Counted from the whole stretch's first letter, positions 50,723 through 63,208 are shown. The stretch is 63,647 nucleotides of DNA, filler included, from Choristocarpus tenellus KU-1152 (GCA_964200185.2; 11 parts of 11 records of this genome joined end to end with filler, not necessarily neighbours in it), one strand, 5' to 3'. Numbers and translations are program-made. Notes: a model not told the origin generated them from the letters alone.

Positions 50723-53088
50723 CTGCAGCTTTGGCCACCTCCCCCAGAGCTTCCAGCACAGCCAACCTCTCCCATGGCAGCGCCTTCCTGTCGTCTAGCA
50801 TCTTGTGCATATCTAGCATGACTGTCACAGCATTCAATGACTCACAAAGCTCAAACACCTGGAAATGAACGACCATACGTGGGCAATAGGTTTATGAGGG
50901 GGAGTAGGAAGGGAAGTCAACTGTAAGTGTGCATACCATATTGCAAGGGCTTTTGCCTGACCACCAACGCTCTGGAGTTTCTTCCAATGCTCTAGAGCAC
51001 TCATCAACACTCTGCACCTGCATAACCGACCAAATTAAGAAATCCATCGATTTACATGTAGCAGGATAATAGCATATTATTTGACCATGCTACAACACTA
51101 GTATTATCGTAGGGAGTACTATTAACACCATCCCAAAGCGGTCATCCCAACTAACCCTAACCCTAAACCTAATCCTAATCCTATGACATCCATCCTGATA
51201 ATGGCAAAAGATCTACGCTGGTCAGGTAGATATAACATCACCGACAAGGTTGTATCCACGAGACGGAAGGCCCCCAAAAAACGATAAAAAAAAAACTCCG
51301 TAACACACGAAGTTATCTAGTCATGGGCTAAACACCTTCCTTCAATTGATAAGCATTAATGCTGCTCAATGCCCTCCCTGGCCACTAGAGCTCTACAAGG
51401 AGATCTAGCTCTATGGTTAACGTTCTTCCTAGACCGTGCACGAGAGATTCAACACCATCATCCCCCTAACCCTAACCCTAAACTCGGACATTGAAGCCAA
51501 TAAAGTCAGTGAATAAAGTCAGTGCTAATTCGAAATATTGGAGTTTTAACTTGAACGATTGAACACTGTTTGGAAACCTGGGTATTGCTGCCAGTCCTCA
51601 GGACCTAACCCTCGTAATTTCTGATACGTTTCCTCACTATTGACAAGGCTGTGATGCAACAGGCTGTCTATCATCTTCCAGGCGCAAAACACTCACTACC
51701 AACACCTATTCATATGAAGTCGAACAAATCTATCCCATCTGAGTGAAGGGCTAGGGGCTTTCTGCGTTACCAAAAGAGTTGCATGGATCCCCATCAATAT
51801 CAATCTAAACATTAGATTACCAGGGGAATGACGACGGATTGGTGGGGGTCAATTGCGAAATGATTACATTGATTACATTATCAATTGCAAAATGATTACA
51901 TTGATTACATTGATTAAATAATCAATTGCGAAATGATTACATTGATTACATTGATTACATTATCAATTGCGAAATGATTACATTGATTAAATTTTTTTGC
52001 CGCTGGTGTAGTCCGCTCAACTAGCACTAGATTATGAAACATGCAGCAATACTCATGCTGGGAGACACTGTGAAAAGGTAGCAAGCCAAAAAATCGTGGA
52101 TTCAGCCCGATGGAAAGAATTGTGCCAAGCCATTTAGAATAGCAATGGGGTTCAATTGTGTGTAATGATCTCGTTCACCTCATTGCAACTCGTAGACATC
52201 GACGGGAAAGAAATGCCAGGGAGTGGGGGCTCACCTGGCGGAAGCACTCGCCCACAGTACTGCGAAAAGGTGTTGTTATCTCCAACGCTTTCCCCTCCAA
52301 GATCTCCTGAAGGACACCTATACATGCTAAACACCCAGGCTGCAGGTCTGAATCTGCCTTGCCCTGTTCACACCGACATGGGGAGGGGTGGGGGGGAGTC
52401 CGGAGGGCTGACGAAGGAGTAGGTATTGAACGAAGTTCGGCACAAATAACCCAACAAGTTAATTTCCTTTCACTGGTCCACGGCATCAGCAGTCATGCCT
52501 GATTTCCCCTGAAGCAGGCTCAGACCATACGATTGAAGTGGTAGCGTCCTTCCCTTGGTTGCTAAGTCTCCTGCCACAGCACACATCTTCACTGAAAATG
52601 ACTAATCAAGGATCAAGCAGTCTGATCTATTCTCCCATGCCGTAATCCACGAGGCAGCACCAATCCCCCAAAGCTAAAAAGTTTGCCTCCAGCTAGCAAG
52701 ATCCCTTTCCAGGTTGGATTGTGCGTCCTCAAGTTCCGCAGTCTCATCAGGAGAAGGATTTCCGATCGCCGACACCTTGCAAAGTGTCAGCTTCTATCTC
52801 GGCGCATCATTATATATTTCTTCAGCTACTTGTTAGATTGCATAAACTCTCGATTTCATCAACGGGGATAGTTCTATTCAGTAAAGCACGCACCCGCCCA
52901 AGGCCCTGAAGCCGCCGTTCTCTCCGAAGGGAGGAGCTGAGTGAGCTGAGGGCATAGAAGAGGATCTTTGTCGTAGCAAATTGCTGCTCCAGCTGTGCTG
53001 CGGCTCGGTTATGAAGGGCTTCTTGAACCTGCTGCGCAGCGTCGGCGATGGGACTTGACGCAAGTGATGGCGCCTTTCCCGACGCCAT
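50723..53088 (-). CDS. Unassigned multi-exon gene (helical/coiled-coil N-terminus), partial model
   Basis: Exons 53088-52894 and 52775-52687 (GC donor), then 51017-50937 and 50858-50723; each pair splices in phase. Middle exon(s) unresolved. Confidence 0.6.
51849..51991. repeat. Compound minisatellite TCAATTGCGAAAT(GATTACATT)n x4
   Basis: Units at 51849, 51881, 51922, 51963 with 2-3 internal 9-bp subrepeats. Confidence 0.92.
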
Positions 53089-53748
53089 GCTACCTTGAGC
53101 CCCAAGGCTGGACGCAGATGAAGTTCAACTGGTTATGGCGTACATAGCATATATTGACAGGAAATATCTCAATTAAGAGAATCGAAGGATTTGCAACGCA
53201 AGACATGACTCTAGGTACAAAATAGGTTCAATTCCTAGTAAGGTTTCATCACAAATCACTCATAGAAGCTCCACAACAATTGACACAGGATATCTTCGCG
53301 ATGAAAACACATGGGTGTAATCTTGCACAACAGACCTGTCTTCGGAAGGTGTTAGAACTACCAATGCGAAAGTACTAGACGGTTTGTCCACTGCCTGCCT
53401 ACTTCACCGAAGAAGGTGGGACCAAAGTATCGAGGTTTCAAGCCATTGGGTAGGCGTTAGGGTTTGCAGGAACAACCTCAAACACTTCAAATGCCTACAG
53501 AATCAATCTAGTTAGAGAAACCTAGACAAATGTTACCAACATTTGACTACCTTTTGATAAACCACTCATACAACTGTGAATAGGGTCTTTTCGATGAAAG
53601 TTTTGAGGATTTAGCTCTCGTGTCATCTGTTCCCAATCCCTCTTTTCTGAGCTCTGTGGCGCCCTAGGACCATAGATAGGGGTGCCACAGAGCATTATTT
53701 CGTTCAGTACTGACATCATATGCAATTAGAACGCATTACCTGCCAACA

Positions 53749-55315
53749 ATGGGCTGGTCAGTGGTAGTCGCAGCAAGCTTCAGCCTTTTAGCACTGTGGT
53801 TCCCAGTGTTCGACAAGCTGGCCTGGCTTTATTGCTACCCAGAAGTCAAGCATCCAGAACAGATCACGTTTTTCCCAACAGACGCCATTGAGGTCAGATT
53901 CAATCCTCTGCAGACAAGAGGACGACGTTCATGTCGATACCCCACACAGCTCAGCTAGTGCATTGGGATCTGTGCCTGATACCTAGAAACTCAGTCGCTT
54001 CCTCTCTGTGGCTGTCTTTTGCCAGGAAGAGGTCCTTGGGGTTGGGACAGGCGTTTGGAGCGTTGATGTTAAGGGGGCTGTCTTTAAAGAGGTCGGGGAG
54101 CATCCTGTTGCCCGAACTATCGTCGCTGGAGCAGTGGCTGCAGCAAGGGCTATGGGATCAGATGGCAAGTTAGTGTTGTCCAAGTGGCTTTCGGTCTCGT
54201 TGATGGACCCTCTTTCAACAGCCTGGAGTAAAGAGCATATCAGCAGATTCTTCTGTGCATTGAACCTTCGGGACGGCTGGTTACACCTGATGTCCCTAAG
54301 AAATGTTGCTCTTCCAATACCTGGCATCATTTTTTTCAACTATGAGTCTTCCATGTGCACCCTTGCCTTGTACGCTGCGACTCTAGTTGATTTGATAAAG
54401 CAGCGCCTGTACAACGTTCTGCTAGACAATGAGCGGGGGAAAGACGTCAAGGTTTCATTACAAGGATGTGGTGGGAAGGTGTGTACCCCTAGTGTTTTTT
54501 ATCTCGCACTATCTGTCTGATACAAACCTTACATCAGAGTGACTGGTTGGCACACTAAGATTAGATGGTTTATACTATTTCGTCAGAACATAGAAATATA
54601 ACATCCCAAGGTCTTCGGGTGCTCGATATGGTTCTCCACCCAACCGCTATCCCTCTCTTTGTCAGCCGTGTGGTGCGCACAGTGAAAACCCCTTGGAATT
54701 TGAGGAGTACACTTCTGGAGGTGTCTCCGGTCCAGATGGGTTTTTCACTGGTACGCTGCGTATCAGAGGAGGTTTGAAGCCAGGGCAAAATGTTACCTTT
54801 GGTGCAACCAATGGTGAGTAGAGGTAGAGCTCTATGCTGTTCAGAACACATTCGAAGGAGTAGATCTTTGGGTTCTAATTGTCCACATTGTGTCAATTCA
54901 CCTTGAGTTCTGTACTATTATCACCCTGCGAGTAGTATATGAGACAAGAAGAATAGGAGGCGTGCGCAGCTCTACTACGGAACAGATCGAAAGATATATA
55001 TATATATATATATTTGGCAGGCATTGAGATAATCAAGGGGATCAAGTAGTTTCGAGCAAAGATGATGGGGAGCTATGTGATTGGATGTGAACAGCAAGGA
55101 ATGTCTGGAAAGGTGTACTTTTATTCCAACAAGATACTCTGGACATGTTAGTACAGTACTTTGGTGGAGGGGGAGGGGGAGGGGGAGGGGGGGAAAGATT
55201 AGTATGCAACTTTCTTTGTACTAGTTTGTCTAAAANNNNNNNNNNAAAGAAAAAGAAGTTTGGAAAAGGTTTTTTTTTTTCCCAAAAAAATTCCTGGGAA
55301 TTTTTAAGACGTTTT

Positions 55316-55351
<36 letters not shown>

Positions 55352-56161
55352 AAGATTAGTATGCAACTTTCTTTGTACTAGTTTGTCTAAAAGAAGCTCC
55401 GAGTGCTATGAAATAGTTGTAGGGTTGGTGCAGAGTCTGGAGGAACACATCTCTTTGGTATTGTGGTATGTATCAAGGGAAATGCTGCATGTCATTCTAT
55501 GTAGTTCAAGTTGTTGGTTGTGTTTTATGGGCTATCACCTCACTAGTGACCTGTGCCGCTACACCAGCACCCTTTTCCAGATGGTACCATGTTGCAGCTT
55601 TGTTGTTTCGCAGGGCAAGTGTATTGATGGGTTAGGGTTAGGGTTAGGGTCAGACTTGGCCAACAATTCATGTGAAGATGTTTGAAGGCAAAGACCAAAT
55701 ACTAACCAACCAAATGCTAAATCAGCTTCAGCAGTGGGAGTATGCCAAGGATGAAATGCACCTACATCTCCTGAATGCCTTGTCTCTCCCCTGCCAGGGG
55801 GGGCAGTGTAATCTTGGAAATTTCCTGGAGGTGTGCAAATTAATTAGCCTCTATTTCACGGCAAGGGTTAGGGTTAGGGTTAGAGTTGTGTCATTCACCA
55901 CCTTCCTGGAACATTCTTCCGTTGCTTTTTTCGGATTATGTTCACTATCGCTCTCGTTTTCCCAAGGTGAGCGTGAATTCCTTGGGTCGGCGCAACTGGT
56001 TGGTCGAGGCGGTCTTGGAGTGATCTCGGACATTGACGATACGGTGAAGGTGACCAACATTGGCGATAAGGTCGCAACCATCCGGGCCACCTTTGTGGAG
56101 CACCTTGTGCCTGTGGCGGGCCTGGCAAAGGTCTATAGGTGATGGCCCTTTTCCTGTCGTG

Positions 56162-56241
<80 letters not shown>

Positions 56242-56793
56242 CGGTGTAGACATTTTCTTTTTTCATTTACACTCTCTCTATATATATCTATATCTCTCTA
56301 TCTCTCTCTCTCTCTCTCTCTCGCTCTCTCTCTCTTTATCTATATCTCTCTGTTGAAGTGTTGGTTTCTGACTCCTTGGTTTTGTTCTCACACTGTTTCG
56401 ATGCCGTACCTGAGAGCAGTTGTCGAACCCCCAATGGATGTTACTTCTGTACAAGAACCGATGAAGGGGCGTTGACTGCGTAACCCTAACCCTAAAGCAA
56501 AACTTACAAGAACCGATGAAGGGGCGTTGACTGCGTAATCCTAACCCTAAAGCAAAACATATAAGAACCGATACCGTCCCGGTGTTGCTGTATTGTTAAG
56601 GTTGTCCCGAAGTGGAGGGGGAGGGGGGAGGAGAGTGCAATCTCAATGTATAGCGGGGTTTGCTGGATGGCGGAGCTATACTTCACACACGTGCTATTCA
56701 TTCTCTGAGCTATCTCAGCAACTACTCTCACGTGTATACCGCAAGAACTATCCTGGAACATTCTCCACCGAAGTAGCTCGAACCGAACTGGTA

Positions 56794-56830
<37 letters not shown>

Positions 56831-58466
56831 ACACCCCCCACCCCCCCCCCCCCCCCCCCCCCCCCCACCCCACGTCCCCACCAGGNNNNNNNNNNCCCAC
56901 AAACCGCCCAGTACTCAACTCGCCACGGCCCTCCGCCGCCACCATCCCCCACACCAGGGCCCCCCCCCCCCCCCCCCCCCCCCGCCCCCAGAATCGCCAC
57001 AAAGTTTCCTACGAGCCACTCCCGCCCTAGTAAGCAGTACGCAGTGGTACTTGTTGAAAGCGTTGATGGGATGGGACACATTGACAGGGATGGGATGGGA
57101 CATGATGTTGGCTGTCCCTCTGCTGGTCAGGCGTTGGAATGAAGAGGCACTTGAGGCTGCGGCGGCGAGAGATGGAAGCGGAAGGCACGGGGAGGCACTC
57201 AGGGGGGACTCTTGCGAAAGCAGCGGCGAGGGCGGCAACGGTTGGGGGGAGGGCTTCTTGACGTTTTACTACGTGTCAGGCTCTCCATGGTTCCTTGCCA
57301 CGGAGCTCAAGTCTTGGCTTGCAGACAAAGGCAAGGATGGCGGGCACCACCCGGTGAGAGGGCGGTAGTAGATGTCCTTTTTTTAGGGCTAGGGGCTCTC
57401 GTCTGATTTTGAGGGTTAGGGTTAGGTAGAGGGTGGGTTAGTGTGAGGTACAAATGTTGGAGGCCGCGTGAGGGTGGAGGTGGAGAGGACTCTTGTTTTT
57501 TTGTTTTTTTTGTATTTCGGAGCCGGTTTGTATCTCTTGCGATTGTAGTGTGGTTAGGGTTAGGGTTAGGGAGGTGTGTGTTGGGCGTTGGGTGTTTTTT
57601 TGGAGGGGGGTGTTTGGTTTTGGTCGAATTTTTCCTTCTGTGCTCAGAATCACACCGTGGTGCTTCTTAGCAGTAGTGTGTATTAATAGATGGTATACCT
57701 TCTTTGTGCTCAGAATCACATTGTGGTGCTTCTTAGCAGTAGTGTGTATTAATAGATGGTATACCCTTTTTGTGCTCAGAATCACACCATGGTGCTTCTT
57801 AGCAGTAGTGTGTATTGATAGATAGTATACCTTCTTTGTGCTCAGAATCACATTGTGGTGCTTCTTAGCAGTAGCGTGTGTTGATAGATGGTACACCTTT
57901 TCTAGTAAGTTTGGGGCACACTGGTCTCTGAAAAAAGAAAAAGAGAGGGATATCAAGGTTGAGGGTGTAGGCAAAGGCTGAGTGAGAGGGTGCCAACACG
58001 GGCTGTTTCTATTGGTCTGTATGTTGCTGTTCGTAACACTTCCCCCTCTCTCCTCCGTCTTGTTGTTGACACCATTGATAGCAGTGGTACTATTACCATG
58101 GTCAATCTTGATATGCTTCTGGAAGCTCGATTTCTGAAGGGGGCGACACTCCTCATGGAGACCTTTTTGTACCACCCCTCATCTCCAGGAAGGCGTATCA
58201 TTTATGGAGTAACCCTAACCCTTTTCTGGTTGGAATCGATTTTTTTTTTTCTGTCTTCGATCTGTATTATTTTTTTCTGACCAGCGACCACAACAAGCTT
58301 ACATTTTTTTTGTTCTTTCACCCTCTCTCTTCTTACATTAACCCTAACCCTAACCCAATAACAGCTTGGTAGCTTCCACCTAAAGCGATTTCGGTTTGAG
58401 GTGCTTGAGCCATGGGGGGTGGACATGTCGACCCTTCGAATTACTTCCAGTAACTTCAACATGAAG
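53749..58466 (+). CDS. APP1: App1-family (DUF2183) phosphatidate phosphatase-like protein, partial
   Basis: Exons 53749-53892, 54026-54164, 54387-54478, 54705-54771, 55967-56138, 57131-57353, 58365-58466 (a small exon near 55800 is unresolved). LDNERGK, GVISDIDDTVKVT (DxDxT), PVAGLAKVY, FYYVSGSPW, PLGSFHLK; hydrophobic N-terminus. Confidence 0.88.
56451..56572. repeat. 55-bp tandem repeat x2.2 containing CCCTAA units
   Basis: ACAAGAACCGATGAAGGGGCGTTGACTGCGTAA.CCTAACCCTAAAGCAAAAC at 56451 and 56506, partial at 56561. Confidence 0.9.
57639..57901. repeat. 66-bp intronic minisatellite x4
   Basis: TGTGCTCAGAATCACA... at 57639, 57705, 57771, 57837. Confidence 0.97.
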
Positions 58467-58706
58467 GCAAGCAATTAGGAAGGGGAAGGGGAGGGGGGGG
58501 AAGAGCAGAGCATGCAATGTTGCTCTCGGAGTGCTGTGAACAGAACTGACTATATATATATATATATATATTTTGTACAAGGGTATTTCATAGTAGCAGA
58601 AGAGATTTAAGGGGCAAAGATGGGTCTCTATTGCATTCTCAGTAGAGGTTGAGAAGGTGTTCAAAAGGTGGACAATTTTGGGGCCCCGGCCCTGCAGGAT
58701 GTTGGT

Positions 58707-58741
<35 letters not shown>

Positions 58742-59076
58742 GTGAGTACGGGACCTTTGTTTTGTTGAGAGGTGAACGAGGTGAGGTCCAAGTGGGTCGT
58801 TTTTGAGATACTCGGGTCAGAATGGCAGTCAAGCAGGCGGGGGGGTAAGGGTGGAGGTAGGGTTAGGGTTAGGCATGGCGGAGGGGGGAGGTAGGGTTAG
58901 GGTTAGGCATGGCGGGGGGGGGGGGGGGGAGGGAGGTAGGTAGAAGCATCTTTAACGAGGCGAGCTCTTTGCTTGGNNNNNNNNNNNNNNNNNNNNNNNN
59001 NNNNNNNNNNNNNNNNNNNNTTAATTAATTAANNNNNNNNNNNNNNNNNNNNNNNNNNNNNNNNNNNNNNNNNNNN

Positions 59077-59118
59077 CCCCGAATGGACGCGGCCCTACCC
59101 TCTAAGATACTTTGACTC
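59077..59118. mobile_element. MITE family 1 copy F (end only)
   Basis: GGACGCGGCCCTACCCTCTAAGATACTTTGACTC followed by TAGA. Confidence 0.9.
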
Positions 59119-59122
59119 TAGA

Positions 59123-59382
59123 GAGTGAAAGTATCTTAGAGGGTACGAGTTTTGCCCTGTTTGTCCATTTCGGGTTTGGCCTCCCATTAGTTTTTTTTAT
59201 CACATTTTCCTACTCCAAAATATTTCAGAGTAGGGAAAATGTATACGTTATGGAAAAGTGTGTCCAGAACATAGATATTGACACTTCCTAGCAAACACGA
59301 TGGTCAAAATTACATCAAAATCGCAACATTGGATTTTAGTCCCCAAATGGATGCGGCCCAACCCTCTAAGATAATTTGGCTC
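59123..59382. mobile_element. MITE family 1 copy G
   Basis: GAGTGAAAGTATCTTAGAGGGTA...ACCCTCTAAGATAATTTGGCTC; perfect TSD TAGA. Confidence 0.97.
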
Positions 59383-59812
59383 TAGAACTCTACCTTCCTC
59401 ACGCAAGTTACAACCCATCCAAAGCGAATTGGGAAGCGACCAAAAGTACATGGGCTTGTGTATCATTTCTTTTCTCCTAGACAAACGCTATACCCATGCA
59501 TACCTACTTACCTATAGACCTCATTCAAGAACAGGATAGACTCCTGACACAGCGCCTTTCGTGCAAATTCCTCAAAAGTTCTGGCCATGTTGGGTGTGGA
59601 AAGCACTTGCTCGAACAAAAAAGACTTGCCCTTTGGTTGATCTTCCTCAACAACGATTCTGTCTCTGTTGATGGGATATACGTTAGCATTTTGTGATGGA
59701 AAGATTTCTGATTCATGAAAGAAAAGGCATCAAGATATCTACACAGGGAAAGACGGTCTACTTGCCGAAAACAGTCAGATATGGCAGTTTCAACTCCAAA
59801 GAAATTCAAAGT

Positions 59813-60082
59813 GAGCCAAAGCATTTAAGAGGGTAGGATTTTTACCCTGTTCGTCCGTTTTGGGTTCGGCTTCCCACGGGTTTTTTATACCCTTTTTCGG
59901 TTTTCTGTGTTGATCACTGTCACCCACTCCGAAACATTTCGGAGTATGACTATGAAAGGTGTGTCCGGAGCAAAGATATTGACACTTGTCAACAAACACA
60001 ATAGCCAAAATTCATCAAAATAGCAATATTGGATTTTGGACCCGAAACGGACGAGGCCCTACTCTCTTAGATGCTTTGGCTC
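59813..60082. mobile_element. MITE family 1 copy H (diverged, 270 bp)
   Basis: GAGCCAAAGCATTTAAGAGGGTAG...CTACTCTCTTAGATGCTTTGGCTC; flanks share only AGT. Confidence 0.88.
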
Positions 60083-60094
60083 AGTACAAGTATA

Positions 60095-60275
60095 GTCGGA
60101 AAGTATCTGGGGGGAGGGGAGGATCTACACCAGAGTGTCCATTTCAACCAAAACTAGGAAAAGTGCACTTTCATCACCCATCCAACGTATGGAACCAAAT
60201 CACCCAAAAATCGCGACATAAGAAAATTGGCCCCAAATGGACAGCGGCCACCCCTCCCCCCAGATACTTTGACCC
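60095..60275. mobile_element. MITE family 2 copy (~180 bp)
   Basis: AAAGTATCTGGGGGGAGGGG...CCCCTCCCCCCAGATACTTTGACCC inverted ends. Confidence 0.85.
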
Positions 60276-60411
60276 ATAAGAACTAACAGAAGAGATATCG
60301 TTACAGGAAAAGAGCGACTCCAGGTCGACTGGGTTCTACTTCAAACTATGTATGTATCAGAGCCTGGAACTGTTATGGCACCAGTGCATGACATCCCAGT
60401 CCATAGGAGTT

Positions 60412-63208
60412 CTACCTTAAGTGAACAAAATATCTCACCTCGGACAAATTAGCACTCATTGCAATATATGCTCCACTTGGAACAGTCAAGGTGAGGACAT
60501 AAATGTGTTTGTGACTTTCATCGAAATGATGAGCAGAGCAAATGCCAACACGCTGCATCATGCAAGCGAGGATGTTGTCCAAGGTGTACAAGACACCTAT
60601 CTTATCGCAAAGGCAAGAGACACTCAAGGCCAAGAAGGAGCCTGTATCGAATTTTGAAGTGTTAACACAAGCAGATATGTTGAAGTTGCTACCCACACTG
60701 CCCATTCATAGAGGTCAAAGACACAACGTACACCTCACATTGATATATTTTTCCTTGTCCTCCATAAGTTGCAGAGCTTGGTCCTATTAATCCTCTTCAC
60801 GAAAGGAACAGGATACAACCCGATTCTCCACAGTGGCAGTAATAGGCTGACATTTTCCGGAGTTGCACATGGATGAGACTCTCATTGGGTATCTGGCATT
60901 GAAAAACTTGCTTGAATGGCATTGAACTGCTCATTAGCAGAACCACATCACCCTGTCTCTTTGTCATATATATATATTTGTTTGAACGCATCTAACCCCT
61001 TACACCTAAACAATTACAGGATTTTATTCAAAGAAATGCCTAGGGTATAGGAAGATGTTTACAGTGAACTGAGCATCACAAGGAAACTTCAGCAGGACCA
61101 AGGCTTTCAACGTCCTTGAAAACAGAGGGTTCAATATATTGTGGTTGAGAGAAGAGCCTTAGGGTTGGTTGTTACGGCTTTGACCATGGTCTCTTTGGGA
61201 CTCCAACATACACAAACACGGTGTCCCTTGAGAAAGCCTGTGTGGAGTCAAAGTATCTTAGAGAGTAGGGCCGCATCCATTTGGGGACCAAAACCCAATG
61301 TGTGATTTGGGGATGTAATTTTGGCTATTATGTTAGAAAACGTCAATACCCTTGTTCCGGACACATATTTTCATAGCGTATATATTTTACCTACTCCGAA
61401 ATATTTTGTAGTAGGAAAATGTCAAAAAAATATGTATGGGAAGACAATCCCCAAATGGACAAACAGGGCAAAACTCGTACCCTCTAAGATAATTTCACTC
61501 TGTGGTCCCGAAGAAGAATTGGTCACTGGGAAAATGAATGCTTCAAACAATCCCTGTTCAATATGCGGTGATCTTATTATTATGGCTTGTTCCACCAGAG
61601 CTAATAAGACCAAACTCTGGTTTGGTCCGCCAGGGTAGCTTATTTCTTTGTTGTGTCTAAAATCAGCCTCAATATCTACCGGAGACACTATCAAAGCTGT
61701 TCAGAATCCAACACACAATCATTTGATAGTGCACTTTGCTCTTCGTTTGTCACAAAAAAGCAGGAAAGACATCACAACTACACCTTCATAGCAGAGTCAA
61801 AGTAAACAAGAGGTACCCAGAGTTGCATTTTAAGGATGCTGTCAAATGTGTGCAAAAATCGAACTCTTTTTACAGAAGCCTGTAGGAACATTTCTGAATT
61901 CTGGCAAAAAAAATTAACAATAGACAAATCAGCAGCCTCAAGTCAAACGAAGCAAGTCACCCATGGAAGCGTCGATGGATTGCGAAAGGTTGAGAAGTAG
62001 CATTAAGTCCAAAACGATCAAAACCTTGGTGCCTCCCATTTACTTTGGCTCAGAAGTGAGAAGTTCGAGATCCAGAGAAAAGCCTTCCTTTTAACACAAA
62101 GAACAGGCCTCACCTGATAATAAACTTCACATTATAGGTGAGGGTTTCAAGCAGCCCTCCATGTCCGATCCACCTTTTAACTGTCAAGTCCCCGTATGAA
62201 TCTGACAAGACACCGCTGACTGAACAGCAAGGAATTTGGCACAGGGCTGAATATACATCAGTCTGCCAGGTGTTTGTTGTGACAATGCAATAGTACAGAT
62301 TTTGATAACACATCAGCAACACCCCCTCAACCTTAATAATTGAGGCCCCAGCTAATTTGGTGAGAGATTACATGAGAGTTACAGAGGGGGGCACCATTGT
62401 GTATTAGGGGCCTCTGTAACTGCCTTTTGATACACCTGATCCTAGCACTCTGTAGGGCTATTCTGTGCTTGCATATATGAACACTTGTCTCATCTTGTAC
62501 AGCCACTGACTCCACACAAGGGTTTGCCGTTTTGTGGGCATTAGAATGGGACTGTCAAGAAGAAGGTTCTATAATCATTTTGTACTTAAAGGTGCCTAAA
62601 TCAAACCACCTCTGGGACACTATGGCCCATGAGATGTCGCTCAAAGGACCGAAAACACTCTCTATCTTATTGGCACGCTACAGGAGCACCTGCAGACAAT
62701 CAAAACTAGGCAGGCATGCATCCTCCAAAAGAGGTGCAATATTTTCAGTCAGAAAAGGGATGATTGTCAAGTTCCTATGGACATCTAGATTCAATTATCG
62801 CTTCCCAAAAAGGCATAGGCATTCCTCTCCCCGACGACTCTGTATTTCATGAACTGCAAGATGACGTCGCATTGTTTGTCATAGACACAGTCACACAAAG
62901 TGTACACTAGGCTCACTTGTCAGGACAAGCTGAAGTAACATCACGAGAGTGATCTCTGTGCTTATGTTGAAGACATCGTCCACATTCCTGGGTTGGAGAA
63001 GATTGAAAGAGGCAACACAATAGTGAGAACAAAACCACAGGGCACAAGCAAGAGCTCACTACAGCAATCTATCCTACTTCAAGGCAGACAGTCAGAGTTG
63101 TGTTAGGAGAGAGGAGCAAATCGCAATCAAAGGGTACACTTACCTAATCAGCGGGTACAGTGCTGCCAACGCCATTGCACCACTAAATTGCAAGGAGTCC
63201 AGAACATC
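60412..63208 (-). pseudogene. Unassigned intron-rich gene, apparently decaying
   Basis: Exons 63208-63144, 62987-62917, 62784-62690, 62262-62114 splice in phase. Downstream exon-like segments have stops and a MITE inserted in coding-like sequence. Confidence 0.5.
61245..61500. mobile_element. MITE family 1 copy I
   Basis: GAGTCAAAGTATCTTAGAGAGTA...TACCCTCTAAGATAATTTCACTC; perfect TSD TGTG. Confidence 0.97.

Noticed and set aside
55160-55392. Direct repeat around a gap (also 21670-21770)
   Set aside because: Same sequence on both sides of an N gap beside poly-G; most likely a scaffolding overlap artefact.
56504-57030. Poly-Pro/poly-Gly ORFs (also 2952-3365; poly-Lys/Phe at 55895-56356 and 15390-15641)
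   Set aside because: Translations of homopolymer tracts next to N gaps; low-quality intronic sequence.
57438-58175. 245-aa ORF with 22-aa repeats
   Set aside because: Antisense within an APP1 intron; produced by the 66-bp minisatellite and telomeric tracts.
9403-59076. Recurring TTAATTAATTAA motif inside N runs
   Set aside because: Artificial six-frame-stop contig linker. It also invalidates any operon-like linkage across contigs, such as the transposase on contig 7 with the ParB-like gene on contig 8.
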